DNA of 64,000 nucleotides from the human T2T-CHM13v2.0 reference genome, Homo sapiens: assembly GCF_009914755.1 (NCBI RefSeq), contig NC_060938.1. One strand, written 5' to 3'. Shown here one piece after another: positions 18,701 through 34,810 of this stretch. How positions within the stretch are numbered: position 1 is the stretch's first letter; each line of letters begins with the position of its first letter. The notes below the pieces were generated by a model. It was not told where the DNA came from, did not search any database, and saw only the letters and a list, made by a program, of their open reading frames with translations. The position numbers and the translations under genes are program-made.

Positions 18701-19944
18701 GGCCTGTTCATCTCACCAGCAGAGGGGAGCTAAAGGAGGGGCTTGGGCTGAGCTCCTTTTGTGAGCCTCTGGCTGAGGGGCAGCCAGCTAAGATGAGGAA
18801 GGATGAAAAGGTACTCCAGTCTTTTATTTGGGGAGGTCAGAAGTCGGGCCTTCTGGCTTCCTCAGCCGGTGCAGTAGATAGAGTTCTGCACTCAGCTGAG
18901 AAGGAAGGTCGGTCACAGCATTTTGTGCGCACAGAACCTTGTCTCTTCAGGGTGCTTCCTCTGCTGCTGGAATGCGCACCCTCTGTAACCATCATAAGAG
19001 AGAGAAAACATAGGACAGAGGGCCAGGCCGCTGAACGGCAATTAATGAAACCCCAAGGCTCTTCTCAAAGGTTCCAGGGGCATTCAGACAGGACCCTGTA
19101 GGGTGTGCATATGCAGTCGCAGCCCCTCCAGGGCTTCCAGGAATCCTGCTTGGCATTTAGAATGTAAGAAACATCAGGGCAGACCAGTGACAGTAACCCT
19201 CTTGCTTGGAACCAGTGGCTTACTGTCCACAAAAGTAACCATCTGTGCAATTTATGGTGTGAAATCCGTCTTGCGCCTATGGGGACCTCCATGCTGTGTG
19301 CCTCTGAATGAGCTCCTCCGCTCTCTGGGCTGGGCTTCTACACCTAAATGGCTCGTTCCCTTCCATTCTAAATGGCTTCGGTGGGATCGGCCATGTGTAA
19401 GTCTGGAAACCACTACTATACTTGGATACAAACCCTGGAAGAAAAAACAATGCTTTCTTCCAGTGCAACTGTCCTGTGATTCATCGCAGAAAGTAATTTG
19501 CTAACACCCTGGCTTCCCGTCAGACAAATCTAGTCTTTTCTTGTGCGTGTGGCACAGTGACAGGCCTGGCTGCTGAGCAAGATGCTGAGAAGCCAGAGCT
19601 GGAGGGACCCCGGAGCTGGTCTAGCTCCATCCAGCATCCTCCCTCACAGCACAGACGTGAGCTCTTGCTTCTCACAGGCTTCTTGTAGAAAACACTCACC
19701 AGTAACCGCGAAAGATATTTAATAGCTGTGCAGCTGGCAAGATGGTGAAGGCGGTTTTCAGGGAGTCATCTCAGGCCTAGGGGAGACAGACACGTGGTAC
19801 TGGGCAGAGAATGAATCTCACTTGACCCTGACCACTGACAACTGGCCTTCTTATCTATGAGAGCAAGTGGGTAACACCTGTCAGGGGCCCCAGCTTGACG
19901 GGAGAGCAAAGTGGAGAGAGGAAGAGAGAAAGGTGGGCCCCCTG

Positions 19945-20200
19945 CATGGATGCTGTATTTACTGAGCACCTACTACATGCCAGACACTGATCTAGGCATT
20001 CGAACGCACTGACAACAACAACAAAAAACCCCAGGATTCCTGCTGTCATGAGAGCGTGCACCCTAACGGGGGAAAAGTATGCAATGCCACAGAGGGGAAA
20101 AAATAAGTGAACAGTATAGGCTATTCACAGGTGCCAAAAGGTATGGAGAAGGGAAAGCAGAGCAGAACAAAGAAGACAGGGCGTGTGGCAGGAGAGACAG
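19945..20200. mobile_element. L2 fragment
   Basis: tatttactgagcacctactacatgccagacactg...ctaggc L2 3'-end motif. Confidence 0.65.
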
Positions 20201-21824
20201 GTGGGGCCACACTGAACAGGGGCTCACAGGAGGTGTTTACACAGCTCGCTGGCAGAGGGACCGGCAGGTGCACAGGCCCTAGTGCCCAGAGCGGGCTGCA
20301 AAATGACAGTCGGCTGACCTGAGGAGTGGGCTGCTCGGGCTGCCATGCTGGGAGCAGACTGCAGGGGGCAGAGGTGAGGACACTGCCCTGGGGAGCAGCC
20401 AGGCGGAAGCAGGGGAGCTGGTGGTGGTGAGGAGGGCTGCAGAGGAGAGCTCGGCTTCTGGGGGTGCACTGAGGGTAGACCCGGGACGCCAGGCGACAGC
20501 GCAGACACGGGTAAGAGGGAAGGATAAGGATGGCTGAGGGGAAACAAGGCGAAGGACGCTCTACGGCACTCAGGCCCCAGAAGCCTGCACACCGCCTCAC
20601 TATGGGGGCAGGCTCTTATAAGAGCCGTCATATAAAAGTGAGGGCGGGGTTCAAGCAGGGTCCAGCCAGAGCCCAGGCCGTGCTCGGAGAAGCAGAGACT
20701 ACAGCAGTGAGGCACCAGACAGACCCTCCCCTCCCCGGGGGCGTGGGTGCAGCTGAGAGTGAGCTGCAAAACCACAGCACCATCAGAGCAGAAATCCAGA
20801 GACGGTCCCAGGGCAGACACAGCGTAAGGGAGTGAGGAGTTTGGGCCGGGACGGGCAGATGCTGAGGAGAGATTTCAAAAGCAATTTTCAGTATACGAAG
20901 TACTGTTTCATAGTTACTGCACTGTCCTTGACTTCCACCCAGGATAGGAAGAGAGTGAACACCCTTCTGTCTGATGGGTGTGGGGGGTTAAGTGAGACAT
21001 ACAGAAAAACTGTAAGTTGTGGCACCTCCCTTTTTTAGGTCAGAGAAAGGGGACAAATGCGTAGACTCTCAGGGTCTTTTAGTATCATTGTGTTGGGGAA
21101 CAGTGGGTGGACCAGATGCTCTGTTGGGATCTGGAATCTGGGAGCTTGTGATGCTATGTGCCCAAAACAGAAAAGTTACCCCAAACTATAAAACGTTATA
21201 AATAACAGTACAGTGTTAGCATCCATCAAAAAGAGTACAAAGCAAGCCCCTCACACACGACGGGGATAGATTTAGTCAAAAAGCACACACATGCCCCACC
21301 CCGGGCAACCATACAAATTAAAAAAACACCAACTTTGTTCTTTGTTTAAAAAGAAATGAAAAGAGCTTCACACATCTATTTTTACAATTTAAAACTGAAA
21401 ATGCTATTTCATAAATACATCCCTCTGCCCCTAGCACTGGTGTCTGCATCTTCCTGCTGGTGGATGTCCGCTGCCAGCCTCCTCTGCTCTCAGAGCACCA
21501 TGGGACCCCTGTCAAACCTACTCATCCGTGCACCCAGCTCCCCGTCCCCCAGCCCTGACACGTTGCCCTCTGTGTGCAGCCTGCCGAGGCCACCGTCTAG
21601 CATGTCAGTCAGCGAGGCCCGGGGCCCTCTGAGCCCTCGGTGATGGGTAGAGTTATTCCCGTCCTTCACTTTCCCAGCCCTCACTGTCCAGTTTCTCCAA
21701 CTCCACCTTCAGAGCTGGGACCAGCTGATCCATGTGGGCTGATTATATACCACGGGGGCCCCAGGGACATTCAATTCACCTGTCAACAGTCTAAAACCAG
21801 CTTCCTCTTAACATTCTAAAAACT

Positions 21825-21949
21825 GAATTGTGGTTAGGGTTTTACAGCTTTGTATATTTATGAAAAAAAATCACTGAATTATACACTTACAATGGGTGTG
21901 TTTTATAGCATGCAAATGATACCTCAATAAAGCTGTTAAAAAAAAAAAT
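21825..21949 (+). mobile_element. Old L1M 3'-end fragment
   Basis: cactgaattatacactta...atacctcaataaagctgttaaaaaaaa. Confidence 0.7.
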
Positions 21950-22492
21950 CAGCATCCACATCTTTACAGATGTTTCTGTTTGGCAGCAGACCTGAGATGC
22001 GGACCTATGTTCTCTGCCCATGGACAATCTCTGTGGTGTTGGGAGGTGCCTGATGGTAGTGGGGCAGAGAGGGCAGGCTTCCAGATGGTAGTGGAAGGGG
22101 AGACACCTGCAGGGATGAGAAGAGGGGGAGCACCAGCAGGAAGGTGGGCAAGCTATGCAGGTAACATTGGAGCTAAAGGGAGGGGTGAGAAAAGGCGGGG
22201 AGAAGGATGCGTTTAATATTAGGTTCAACCATATGCCATTTTTATAGGTCAAAAAAGACTGGATATTGGCAATTGCCTACAGTTAAACCTAACCCATAGA
22301 TGTCCATGTGTGACAGATGAAGAGGCTCAGGTTTGGGGGCGGACAGAGCAGGTTTCCAATCAGCCCCTCTGCTTACAGGCCAACTGGTCAAGGACATGGC
22401 ACCCAAGCCCTCGGAGCCTCAGTTCTCTCCCTATAAACGGAAATGGGCGCAGCCACACCACAGAAGCACGTTTTCATTCCTTTAAATACAAA

Positions 22493-22690
<198 letters not shown>

Positions 22691-22758
22691 CAGCACGCTC
22701 GGTCTTTCATTGCATTTGTAACGCACGTTCAGTGCCAAGCACAGGGTGGGCGTGCTAA

Positions 22759-22854
22759 GGAGTGGCTGTCCCCTCCTTTTGCTCCTCCACTGTCTCCAGG
22801 GCAGACGGAGTGGCTGTCCCCTCCTTTTGCTCCTCCACTGTCTCCAGGGCAGAC
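22759..22854. repeat. Perfect 48-bp tandem duplication
   Basis: GGAGTGGCTGTCCCCTCCTTTTGCTCCTCCACTGTCTCCAGGGCAGAC at 22759-22806 and 22807-22854. Confidence 0.97.
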
Positions 22855-23911
22855 AGAACAACAGGACTAAGCTACCGCCAACCTCTACAGGCATCACTCT
22901 CATCTCCTCCCGTAACCAGCCCCAAATAAACTAGGAAGGTGGCAGAGTTCTGCTCAGCAAAACAGGCTCCACTTCCCTGAAGTTACCAGAAATCATGAGA
23001 GTCCCCCGGTCCCTGGAGCCCAGGGCTGTGGCCAGCATGGACTGCATCTGGCGTCCCCGCCCTTCTCTGGGGGAGCCATGAAATAAAGCCGGAACACACA
23101 TGGCCCCATGGCAGAGCTGGCAGGGGAGCAGAACCAAAGGCCCCCTGCTACTAACACGGGAAGTGGGGGAGGGCGCTTGCTGCCGGGGGCCACCAGGAGG
23201 ACCAGGGGTGGCCTCTGCAGGGTCTCCATGTAAGGCGGTGAGTGCCCACAGGCCAGAGCACTGAAGACTATCAGGGGTCCAGGGATGCTCTTCCTTCTGG
23301 CTCATGCAAAGGCGGACACCTCAGCCAGCTGGAGCCCAGAAAGAGCGCCCCCACGGAACAAGGAAGCCGCTGCTGATGTTCTCAGGGCGGTGGCACTAAA
23401 AGAAGACTGCTCTCCTACCAGCTTTGTCCTCGGCTGGTTACTCAGTGAACTCTTCTAAAGTCTCAAGGCCACTAGCTACTGTCATACGGACAGGAGAGGG
23501 GATGGCCAGGCTGCAGTGAGACCAGGCTGAGGAGACGCCAACAGAGGAAGCCCGAGTCCCTTTTGGAAATGTCTCTAATGTTTAGGATTCACGGTTTATT
23601 ACCATCCTACAGGTGTGGCTTTTCCTGTGTTCCTTGACCCCTCACCTACTCCAGGAGGCCCCAGACCTAAGGTTTCAAAATGATGACAAGGTCTCCATCA
23701 GAACAAGGGAAGTCCTAGCCAGCGAGTAACTCTGTCCCTGGGGCCTGCGACTTCTGTCCACCAGCTATGGGTGCAGGTAAACACACACAGGTGAAAGGGA
23801 CGCAAGGCATTACTCCATTTAATGCACCAAGGAAGTTATCTGACAGGCAGAGATTAAGTTCTGACTTTCTGTAAGATGCCAGGAGGACATTTAATTTGGT
23901 CTTTCTTTTTT

Positions 23912-24045
<134 letters not shown>

Positions 24046-24401
24046 TGAGTCTTTCAAACTCACACTGAGCGTCAGAGACTGCGGGGACCTAGAACGCGTG
24101 CCTGCCAGGAGAGCTGAGTCCAACAGGGAGACATAAGACAGATCAATGAGCTCCGTCACCGAGCATGAACCTCGCAGGACCCCAGTGACAGATGTCAGTT
24201 CTCTAAAGAGATTCTTACTCTCTTGTCTAAGGTACCACACTCCCTGATGGTGTCAGCTGATTCCACACTTACTGAGGAGGTGAGTCCACCAGATGGTATG
24301 ACTCAGGCACCTAAACCCAAACTCATCTTCCCAGGAGGAACAAGGCGGTGGCCTCACTGGCCTCTGCACACACATCTGAGCGGTTGGGAGGCTTCATTCT
24401 T

Positions 24402-24675
24402 TTTTTTTTTTTTTTTTTTTTGAGACACAGTCTTGCTCTGTGCCCAGGCTGGAGTGCAGTGGCACAATCTCAGCTCACTGCAAGCTCCGGGCCATTCTCC
24501 TGCCTCAGCCTCCCGAGTAGCTGGGACTACCATGCCCAACTAATTCTTTGTATTTTTAGTAGAGATGGGGTTTCACCTTGTTAGCCAGGATGGTCTCGAT
24601 CTCCTGACTTCATGATCCGGCCGCCTGGGCCTCCCAAAGTGCTGGGATTACAGGCGTGAGCCACCGCGCCCGGCC
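24402..24675 (-). mobile_element. AluY with two small internal deletions
   Basis: 17-bp TSD TGGGAGGCTTCATTCTT at 24385-24401 and 24676-24692; gttagccaggatggtctcgatctcc diagnostic. Confidence 0.92.
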
Positions 24676-24875
24676 TGGGAGGCTTCATTCTTAAGGAAGA
24701 AATGTGCCCTTGGCTGAATGCCTCAGGGTAATGAACCCACTCTTTAAAATCTCACCAAAACGATCACGTGTTTTCACTGTGCTGGCCCAAGCTGGCAGCC
24801 GGAGCTCGATGGCCAGCAGCTGCCCAACGCCATGCCTCTGGCTGGGCACCACAGGGGAGAAGGGAGCGGCTTTCA

Positions 24876-25130
<255 letters not shown>

Positions 25131-25374
25131 CTAACTGTATTTCTGTCTTGATTGTTAGCAAATAAAAAGTATGCCTACAAGAGATTTAATGGGGTTATGA
25201 AAAAAGAAAAAGCATATTTAAAAAATAAAATGAAAGCTAAAGTTATGTCTGCATAGGTAGAGAGGTCTTGGAAAAAAAGGCAATAGATGACATGCTAGGA
25301 CAGCAGTATGATGTTTCTTTTTTAAAAGATACCCTTATTTTTATTGTATGGCTTGTGCAATTAAAAAATAAGGA

Positions 25375-25489
25375 GGCCAGGCGCAGTGGTTAATGCCTGT
25401 AGTCTCAACGCTTTGGGTGGCTGAGGCAAGAGGATAGCTTGAGGCCAGGATTTCGAGACCAAGCCTGGGCAACATAGCAAGACCCCATC

Positions 25490-25523
<34 letters not shown>

Positions 25524-25700
25524 TAAATTAGCCAGGTATAGTGGTATGTGCCTGGGATCCCTGCTACTTGGGAGGCTGAGGTGGAACAATCGCTTGAACC
25601 TGGGTGGTCGAAGATACAGTGAGTTATCACACCACTGCACTCCAGCCTGGGGAACAGATGGAGATCCTGTCTCCAAAAAAGAAAATAAGAAGAAGAAGAA
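25375..25700 (+). mobile_element. AluJ whose A-rich linker has become a (CA)n microsatellite
   Basis: Alu arms flank (CA)~14 at 25492-25520. Confidence 0.9.
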
Positions 25701-26098
25701 ATAAAGATTAAAGAGATGCTACTGAGCCTTTCTAATCTGATGGTTCAGGATCCAGCACTAAGCAGGTCTTTGGTACAAGTTATAAATGAGGAGACTTCTC
25801 TCATTTATAGCATGGGCTTCCTAAGCGAGGGATACATCAGAGCTGCTCTGCCCAGCCCGAGGTGGGGCACAGGCGATGAGCTGCCTTCCCGCCCTCACAC
25901 CCGTGGGCTTGGAGAGAAGGCCCAGGCATCAGCTATCAGTCATGCCCGCTCGTCTGGGTACAGGCTCTCCTCAGCGTGCCGGCTCACAGCCCAGTCTACC
26001 ACTTACATCCCCCTAAGTATTTCTTGGGGCAGATCAGTCTTCTGTGCCTAGATGCAGGACGTTGTTCACAAATAAGGAGATTTTAAAATTCCAGTTCT

Positions 26099-26376
26099 GG
26101 TGGGGCACGGTGGACACGCTTGTAATCCCAGCACTTTGAGAGGCTGAGGTGGGAGGCTTGAGCCTGGAGTTCAAGACAAGCCTGGGCAACACAGAAAAAA
26201 CTCGGATCTACAAAAATTAAGAATCAGCTAGGTGTGGCACTGAGGCCTTGTGGTCCCAGCTACTCGGGAGGATTGCTTGAGCCCAGGAGTTCCAGGCTGC
26301 AGTGAGCTATGTTGCACGAGTGCACTCCAGCCTGGGTGACGAGTAAAACCCTGTCTATAAAAAAAAAAAAAAAAAA
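26099..26376 (+). mobile_element. AluJ
   Basis: Degenerate dimeric Alu with A tail. Confidence 0.88.
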
Positions 26377-27173
26377 TCCAATTTTACGGAAGACAAAAAA
26401 GAGGGTGGGTTTCATAACTATTCTACAAGTGGCCACTATAGAAATTCTTCACCAAGAAAGCTCCTGTTAGGCCTTTAAAAATGTGTTTCTGTTAAGACAC
26501 AACTAGTTTCGTAAGTCGCTCTATTGCATAACATGCGGAATCTCTATATCCAGTGTGCTGCTAACTAGCACTCGAGAAGAAGAGGGGGATAATTACACAA
26601 CCCACATGGCCCGAGTGCGTATCTCAGACCATCTCTGAGTCAGATTAGAACGGGGGCCGAGGCCGCATGCCAGGAGAGGCCAGCACCTGCAGAGAACATA
26701 GAAGATGGTCTTCTCGTCCCTCCTTATTGTCTTTCTATGGCTCCTATCCACACTGCAGGAGGGGATGTTAAACCGTGAGGTGTACTCTACTCCTGAACAC
26801 ACCAACCCCCCTCCACTCAGTGCTGGAAATCACATTTCTCCATTATCCAGGGTCACATGTCACCGTGTCAGCAACGGCTAATGCTTTCTCAAACATGTCT
26901 CAGCTGGTAAATATCTGTACGTGTTGGACAATAGTGTGAGTTGTTTAACAGCCTCAGCCCTCCTTTAGGGCTTGGGAAAAGTCAATGTGAAAAAATTGTC
27001 TCTTAAATGCATGAGTTTGCCAAAGGGTTCCAACACCCTCGCCCTACCACCCCCGGCAAAATACACCAGTAAAATCAGTGAAATCTGCTTTCCAGCTAAT
27101 TTACTCAGTGAAAGGAGAGTGCCCAATGACATGAGCCTGTCCGTCACACAGCTCCCTCCCAGCCTCAAAACTA

Positions 27174-27506
<333 letters not shown>

Positions 27507-27816
27507 TCAACCCAAAAAACAAAGGTCATCACCAGCAAACCAGCCACAATCCCCTTTCCAACTCTTGGCTAGCTTTCTTCTGCCATTTGTCCAAGCTCAG
27601 CCCTGTATCAGGGTGAACGTGTTTATAAGCGAGATGCAATATGTGAAATCATCCTGTTTTGTTGTTTTGTTTTTTGAAATAATCTGAAGGTCACTGCAAA
27701 AAATGCAAATTGTTATTTTTATGTGAATGTTAATCTAAGCAAAACACTGCTAGAAATATTGCTAGAAAATGTATGTGTTCTCCTTCCAAAACAGGATGTT
27801 TAATTTTGTCTAATCA

Positions 27817-28186
<370 letters not shown>

Positions 28187-28338
28187 TTAGGAACAGACAA
28201 TATCTTTCTGAGTTGTTCCTTTCAAAACACCATGGTTCTCCTAAGATGTAATCCTATGGCCAAAGCTACTCTCGAGCCATTAACTGGTCCCCTTAAAGAA
28301 CCATCAATCACATTTCCAGCAAAAACTGGCTCAGATGC

Positions 28339-29010
28339 CAGGGCTGTCCAGCAATATACATAATTGAGACACATTAATTTCAAATTTTCTATTAGCCATC
28401 TTTAAAAAAGTAAAAAGAAACAGGTGAAAATATTCAACTTTAATTAAGCCAATATAACCAAAATATAATCATTTCAACCCATAATTGACATAAAAATGTA
28501 TTATTTTACTTTTTTTTTTTGGAGAGAGGGGGTTTCACCATGTTGCCCAGGCTAGTCTTGAACTCCTGGACTCAGGCAATACCCCCACCTCGGCCTTCCA
28601 AAGTGCTAGGATCACAGGTGTGAGTCACCTTGCCCGGCCTTTGCATTCTTTTTCCATACACTTTGAAATCAGTGTGTATGTTACACTTACAGCACATCCC
28701 AATTCAGATGCTAAATTTTCACTGGAAATACTTGACTGTTTCCAGATTTCACAAAATCTAGAGTTGAAAAAGTTCATTTGTTGGAGGTATAATATGCGAG
28801 ATTAAGAAAAAATAATAAAAAAAAATTTTTAAGAAAGAAAAAATAGACTTGTATTCCCAGGTTGTTCCAAACACATTTAAAAGTTTTCCTACAACTGAAC
28901 TGAGTACCAGTTTTTAAATTTAAATGAACTAAAATAAAAAATTCATTTCCACAGTCACACTGCGGTATCTCCAGGCCCTGAAGGCCACATGCGACTGGTG
29001 GCTACTGGGC
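28339..29010. mobile_element. MER33/Charlie1-family DNA transposon fossil containing an antisense FLAM (28509-28639)
   Basis: aaattttct..tagcca..aaagtaaaaagaaacaggtgaaa...acacttacagcacatc...gccacatgcgactggtggctac. Confidence 0.7.
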
Positions 29011-30053
29011 CCCAACACCAGGCCTTTGCCCTCCCCCGCGGGGAATGTGGTGGGGTGAGGGGCCTCTGGGCTGGCCCTCAGTCTGGCAGGGACGTGAGGA
29101 GGCTGCTGACGAGGGGACCCTCCCACGTGGCATCAGAACAGAAAGCCACTCACTTGGAGGCTGCAGCTGATGCTGTCCTGCCAGGGCACCTGGTCACACC
29201 CCAGCCAGCCACCTGTGAGGCAGGACCACACCAGGCTGGAGAGTGCAAGCCCAGTGGTGCTCTGGACAGGCCCCCACATTTGCCAGTGAGCCCTCCTTGT
29301 GCCACTCTAGTCTTTGCAATGGCAGAAACAAGTGCCAAGGCAAGCTTGAGGGACAAGGGACACACACCAGCCTCGCTGAGGCCTCTGTCTTGTCACCGGT
29401 CCTTGTGGTCTGATGGACAGGGAAGAAGAGGGTCAGGCTTGGCACATGGCCCTCCAAGGGAACCCCCTTCCGCAGAGCACATGGTAGGGGTGTGGCATTG
29501 CAATCCAGGGTAGATTGCACTCCTCCCCACTTCTCCTTTAGGTTTGCTTTCGGATCCTAAAATAAGATTTTGCTTTTCATAAATGACTTGCTTTTCAACT
29601 GCATCCTGGAATGACTCCTCGGCCAATTAAATGCTTTAAACAAACCAAAAGAAGTCAATGAACAAAGGGTCAGAGGCAGGTGCATTTGTGTTTTGGATAC
29701 TGCAGGGGCCACTGGTGTCCCTAGGGGTTGGGGGAGAGCAAGGCTGAAAAGCGCTTTGTAATCTCACAAGGGGAGAGGGCCCACCCACCTGACAACACCC
29801 TGGCCTCAAATCTAAAATCTAGGCTCTTATCAGTCACCCCAAGGGGGAGGGTTGGGGTGGGCCAGGACCCCCTCAGGAAGCATTTGTCACCCCGGCAGGA
29901 AGGTGGCAGGGGCAGCAGTTGTGTCTGCACACGGTGTCAACAAGCCTCCATTCCCAGCTCCCAACCCAGATCACAGGAAGCAAACTGAAGGTGGCCCAGA
30001 GCATGCTGCATCTCAAGGCCTGTAGCGGTGGCTTTCCAAGGTCACAGGCGTAG

Positions 30054-30224
<171 letters not shown>

Positions 30225-31338
30225 TAGCGGCGCCTGGTTAGGGAGTGACGCCCATGCTGGGTGGTGGGGCCACTGCAAACAAGACCAGCGTCCAGGCCAA
30301 TGCTGTGACGCTAAGCACTTGTCACTGCTGGCTCCAGGAGGCCACAGGCACCCTACGGTCCCCTCCAGCCTAAGTGCTCTCCTCCTCTCCTCCAACTCCC
30401 TCACCCCTCACCCCTCACCCCTCCCAGGCAGGTTTCACCTTGCTGGGGCTTCTGCCCTCCTGAGAGGCAGGACAGAATGAGAGGCAGGACAGAATGAGTG
30501 GCAGGCAGGTGTCTGGAGCCCATGAAGCAGGTAGGGACCAGGACGGGAAGGGACTAGGCTGGGAAGGACCCAAGGAAAGGGGTCTGAGCGCCTCCCTTCT
30601 CCACCTACGGTGGCCCCTCACGCCCCACATGACCCTGTATGGCTCCTGGGGCTTGTAGATGAAGCTCATTTTCTGTTTTGTCCAGTTGAGGCCATTAAAC
30701 TGTTAGGGGGACAGGCCGCCTCATTCCTTTTCAGCCAGTCTCTATCTGGGACTTAGAAATGGTGCATCCACTCAACCACGTTCACCACGGGCTCAATGTC
30801 TTGGAGACCCTGAACTGAGCCTGTGCTTTCTTTTGGGACCTCCACCCTTGGTTTGGCAACAAGGTACTCAGCTCAAGTACCTTAAATGACATCCTTAGCC
30901 CCGCTCTGAGAACAAGTATGTAGACCCCAACTCTGAGTCAACCATCTACTATGCAATCTGTCAACCACAGACTATTAAAGGCCCAAATCCTCCCCAAAAC
31001 TACAAAAGGAAGCATGAAAGAGGTGTGAGATTAGAGAACAGCACTCTAACAGTCTTGCTGCAAATTAACGCTGGGGAACGGTTCAGGACGCTATGGCCAC
31101 TCATCCCATTTAGGAAGGCAGCAAAGAGTGCTCAAAGGTGTAAAAAGATACATAATTGTATGTACAGTAGGAAATGGATGTTGAAAAAAGAAAACAAAAC
31201 CTCAAAGGAAATATATTACACTAAAATGACAGAATTTTCTTTATTAGAGTGATTAGGGCAAGAGCAAGTTTCCCCAGCATTTTCTAAATATTCTGTAAAG
31301 GTTCTCACAGAGACCATATAGTCAGAGGCATCTATTTA

Positions 31339-31827
<489 letters not shown>

Positions 31828-34294
31828 CTATCCAAGATGAGGAATGAAGTAGATTGCCATTTTAAATAATAGCCACAAAAAGCAAGCTGCACCTTCAAGC
31901 ATCTTCTCATCAGGAGAAGCCAAGCCTCTTGATTGGGAAGAACAGATGGGAGCCAGGAGCACCCAAGGGGTCTGTAACCAGTGAAGGGGGACGGGGTCCT
32001 GGGCGAAAGGCTGACTCTCAGGGTATAAGCCCTGTGAAGACAGAGCCTCAGAGGTCCCAGAAAAGGCCCACTCAACACCTGAGGCAAAGTAAGGGCCTCC
32101 TGAAAAGACTTAACAACCTGCCAGGGCCATCTCAACCACTGTGCCTGCTCCAACAAAAAGGTCATTTTCTCCGCAGGTGGGAGAAACATTACAGTCCTGG
32201 GAAAGATGCAGGTGGAAACACCGTTCTGTGCATGTGGCAGAGGTTAGCTTCAGTATCCACTGAAAACACTAGGACAGTTGGACCAAGAACAATGATTTCA
32301 CGAAGAAATGGGAAGAATTATTTTTCTCCTTCTAAGTGAAACTGAATCTCGCAGCTTGATATTTTACCAGGAAGGAAGAATAAACGCTGCCGAAAGCCAA
32401 GCGTTTAGGCCCACAGGATGCCCCTCATGTGGCTATGAATGGGAGCTGCTAATGCAGAATAAATGAGAGGGAAATCCCAGAAAAGTTAAGATGAACGCCC
32501 AGCACAGGCATTCAGGATGAAGGTGACGCTCACGGTTGCCAAGGAGACCAAGATGGTCCAAACAGCAAAGAGAGCCTTCCACACAGCCAAAGCAAAACCA
32601 CAAAGAATGCCGCTGTTGACCCACACACGCTAACAGTCAAGACTGAAATAGCAGAAGCATGAGTGACGTCGGCTTCGCAGGTGCACCCAGCACACCTCTA
32701 GACACCGTCTTCCCTGGTGCCCAAAGCCGGGGCATTTTCTACACCTTTAGGTCTGCTCTGGGGTTCAGATATTCAGAAGACACGTACTGTGTACACCTTG
32801 CAGCGAGCAGAGAACTCTCGGCCTGTCTGGGAGGGAGGTAGACAGTGGCAGCACAGCACAGGGAGTACTGCCAAACTGCCCAGACAAGTCTGGGAAGGCT
32901 TCCCAGAGGAGACAGCTTCTGAGCTGGGCTGTAGAGAATGCTTAGGAGTCTGACACGTGAGGGACAGAGCCAGGAAATGTATTAACTGCTAAGTGTGGGC
33001 AGCAAGTCAACCCTTCGGTTACCCTGAGCATCAAACTGAACTACCAACACTCTCTGCGCTTCCCACGAGGGTGCCCTTCCTCCCACAGCCCCATTACCAC
33101 CAGATTACCACCTGCCAGACCCTACTCGCCCTCCAAAGCTCAGCTAAAATGCCCCCTCCTCTAGGCAGCCACCTGATGCCGGATGATTTTTTTCTCCCCT
33201 GAACTCCTAATGCTTCCTCAGCCCCCTTCTGCGGCACTTTCTACACTGTGCCATGTCAATCAACTCCCCACTCCGAAGCAGCAAAAAGCTGCTAATAGTG
33301 ACAGTTGGGAAAATTAAATCAGAAAATATTCCTCAAAATATATATTGAGTACACAGTTTTTAAAAACCTCTTTTGTGGAGGAGGTGTCTTCTCTGTCTCT
33401 TCCATGTTGACAAGGGAACCAAGATCTGAAAACCTACTGTTCTGCTCTATCACTGCAATGAGGGTGGTTTCTCTGCTAATTCCTGTGCCTTGAAACCTGG
33501 AAAATCTGACACCATATTCCTTAAGATTCACAGCCTGTAGCTGTTAACAAAAGTTAAAAACATTTCAGAGGGAAAAAAAGCTTCGAATTTGTTTTAGAAT
33601 TTTCCATTAGAACTTGTGTAAGTGGAAGATTGAATATAGATTTTTAAAAACATTCCAAAGTGAACTGGTAATGCTGGCTTGAATATACCATGCTTTCCAA
33701 CTGTAAAATCCCAAATGCAATAGTTTTATGAGCAAACTAAGCAAAAGTAAATTAATTTTAAATTCCTAAACTACAGAAGTGACTTCAGACAGGAAAGGCC
33801 CCACACGTATTCCAGTGTTCCCAATGTCTAGTCCAGTGCTCTAGGAGGGGTGTCGAAACCCTGCATCGATTTAACACTTCCAGAAACGGCACGGTGCTGG
33901 CTGTGCTTCAGGCAGGTGGGATGCTTTTTGAGGGCCCCCAAGAGAACCCTGTAGTCAGGAGGGATATTCCACAGATCTCCTTTGCAGGTGTTGGAACGTC
34001 TACGCTCATGCCACTGATTAACTCTCCACAGGACACATCTCACAACCTCTTCCTGGATTTGGCCAGAAGCAGCCCCTGAATGCACCTCAACAACTTGATG
34101 GCCAAAACAAAAACCACCTGACGACCTGGCACTGGCAACCAGCCAACCTCAGGCCCCGTTACCAGAAACACCAGACAGTGAAGAGGTTCCATCTCCTTTC
34201 TCCTCCTTCCTCCCTGACATTCATGCGAGGTGGCCAGGACAAGAATTATGAGCATTTCCAGTGGGAGGGAACAGCCGCAGCACAATGTCGCTGA

Positions 34295-34810
<516 letters not shown>

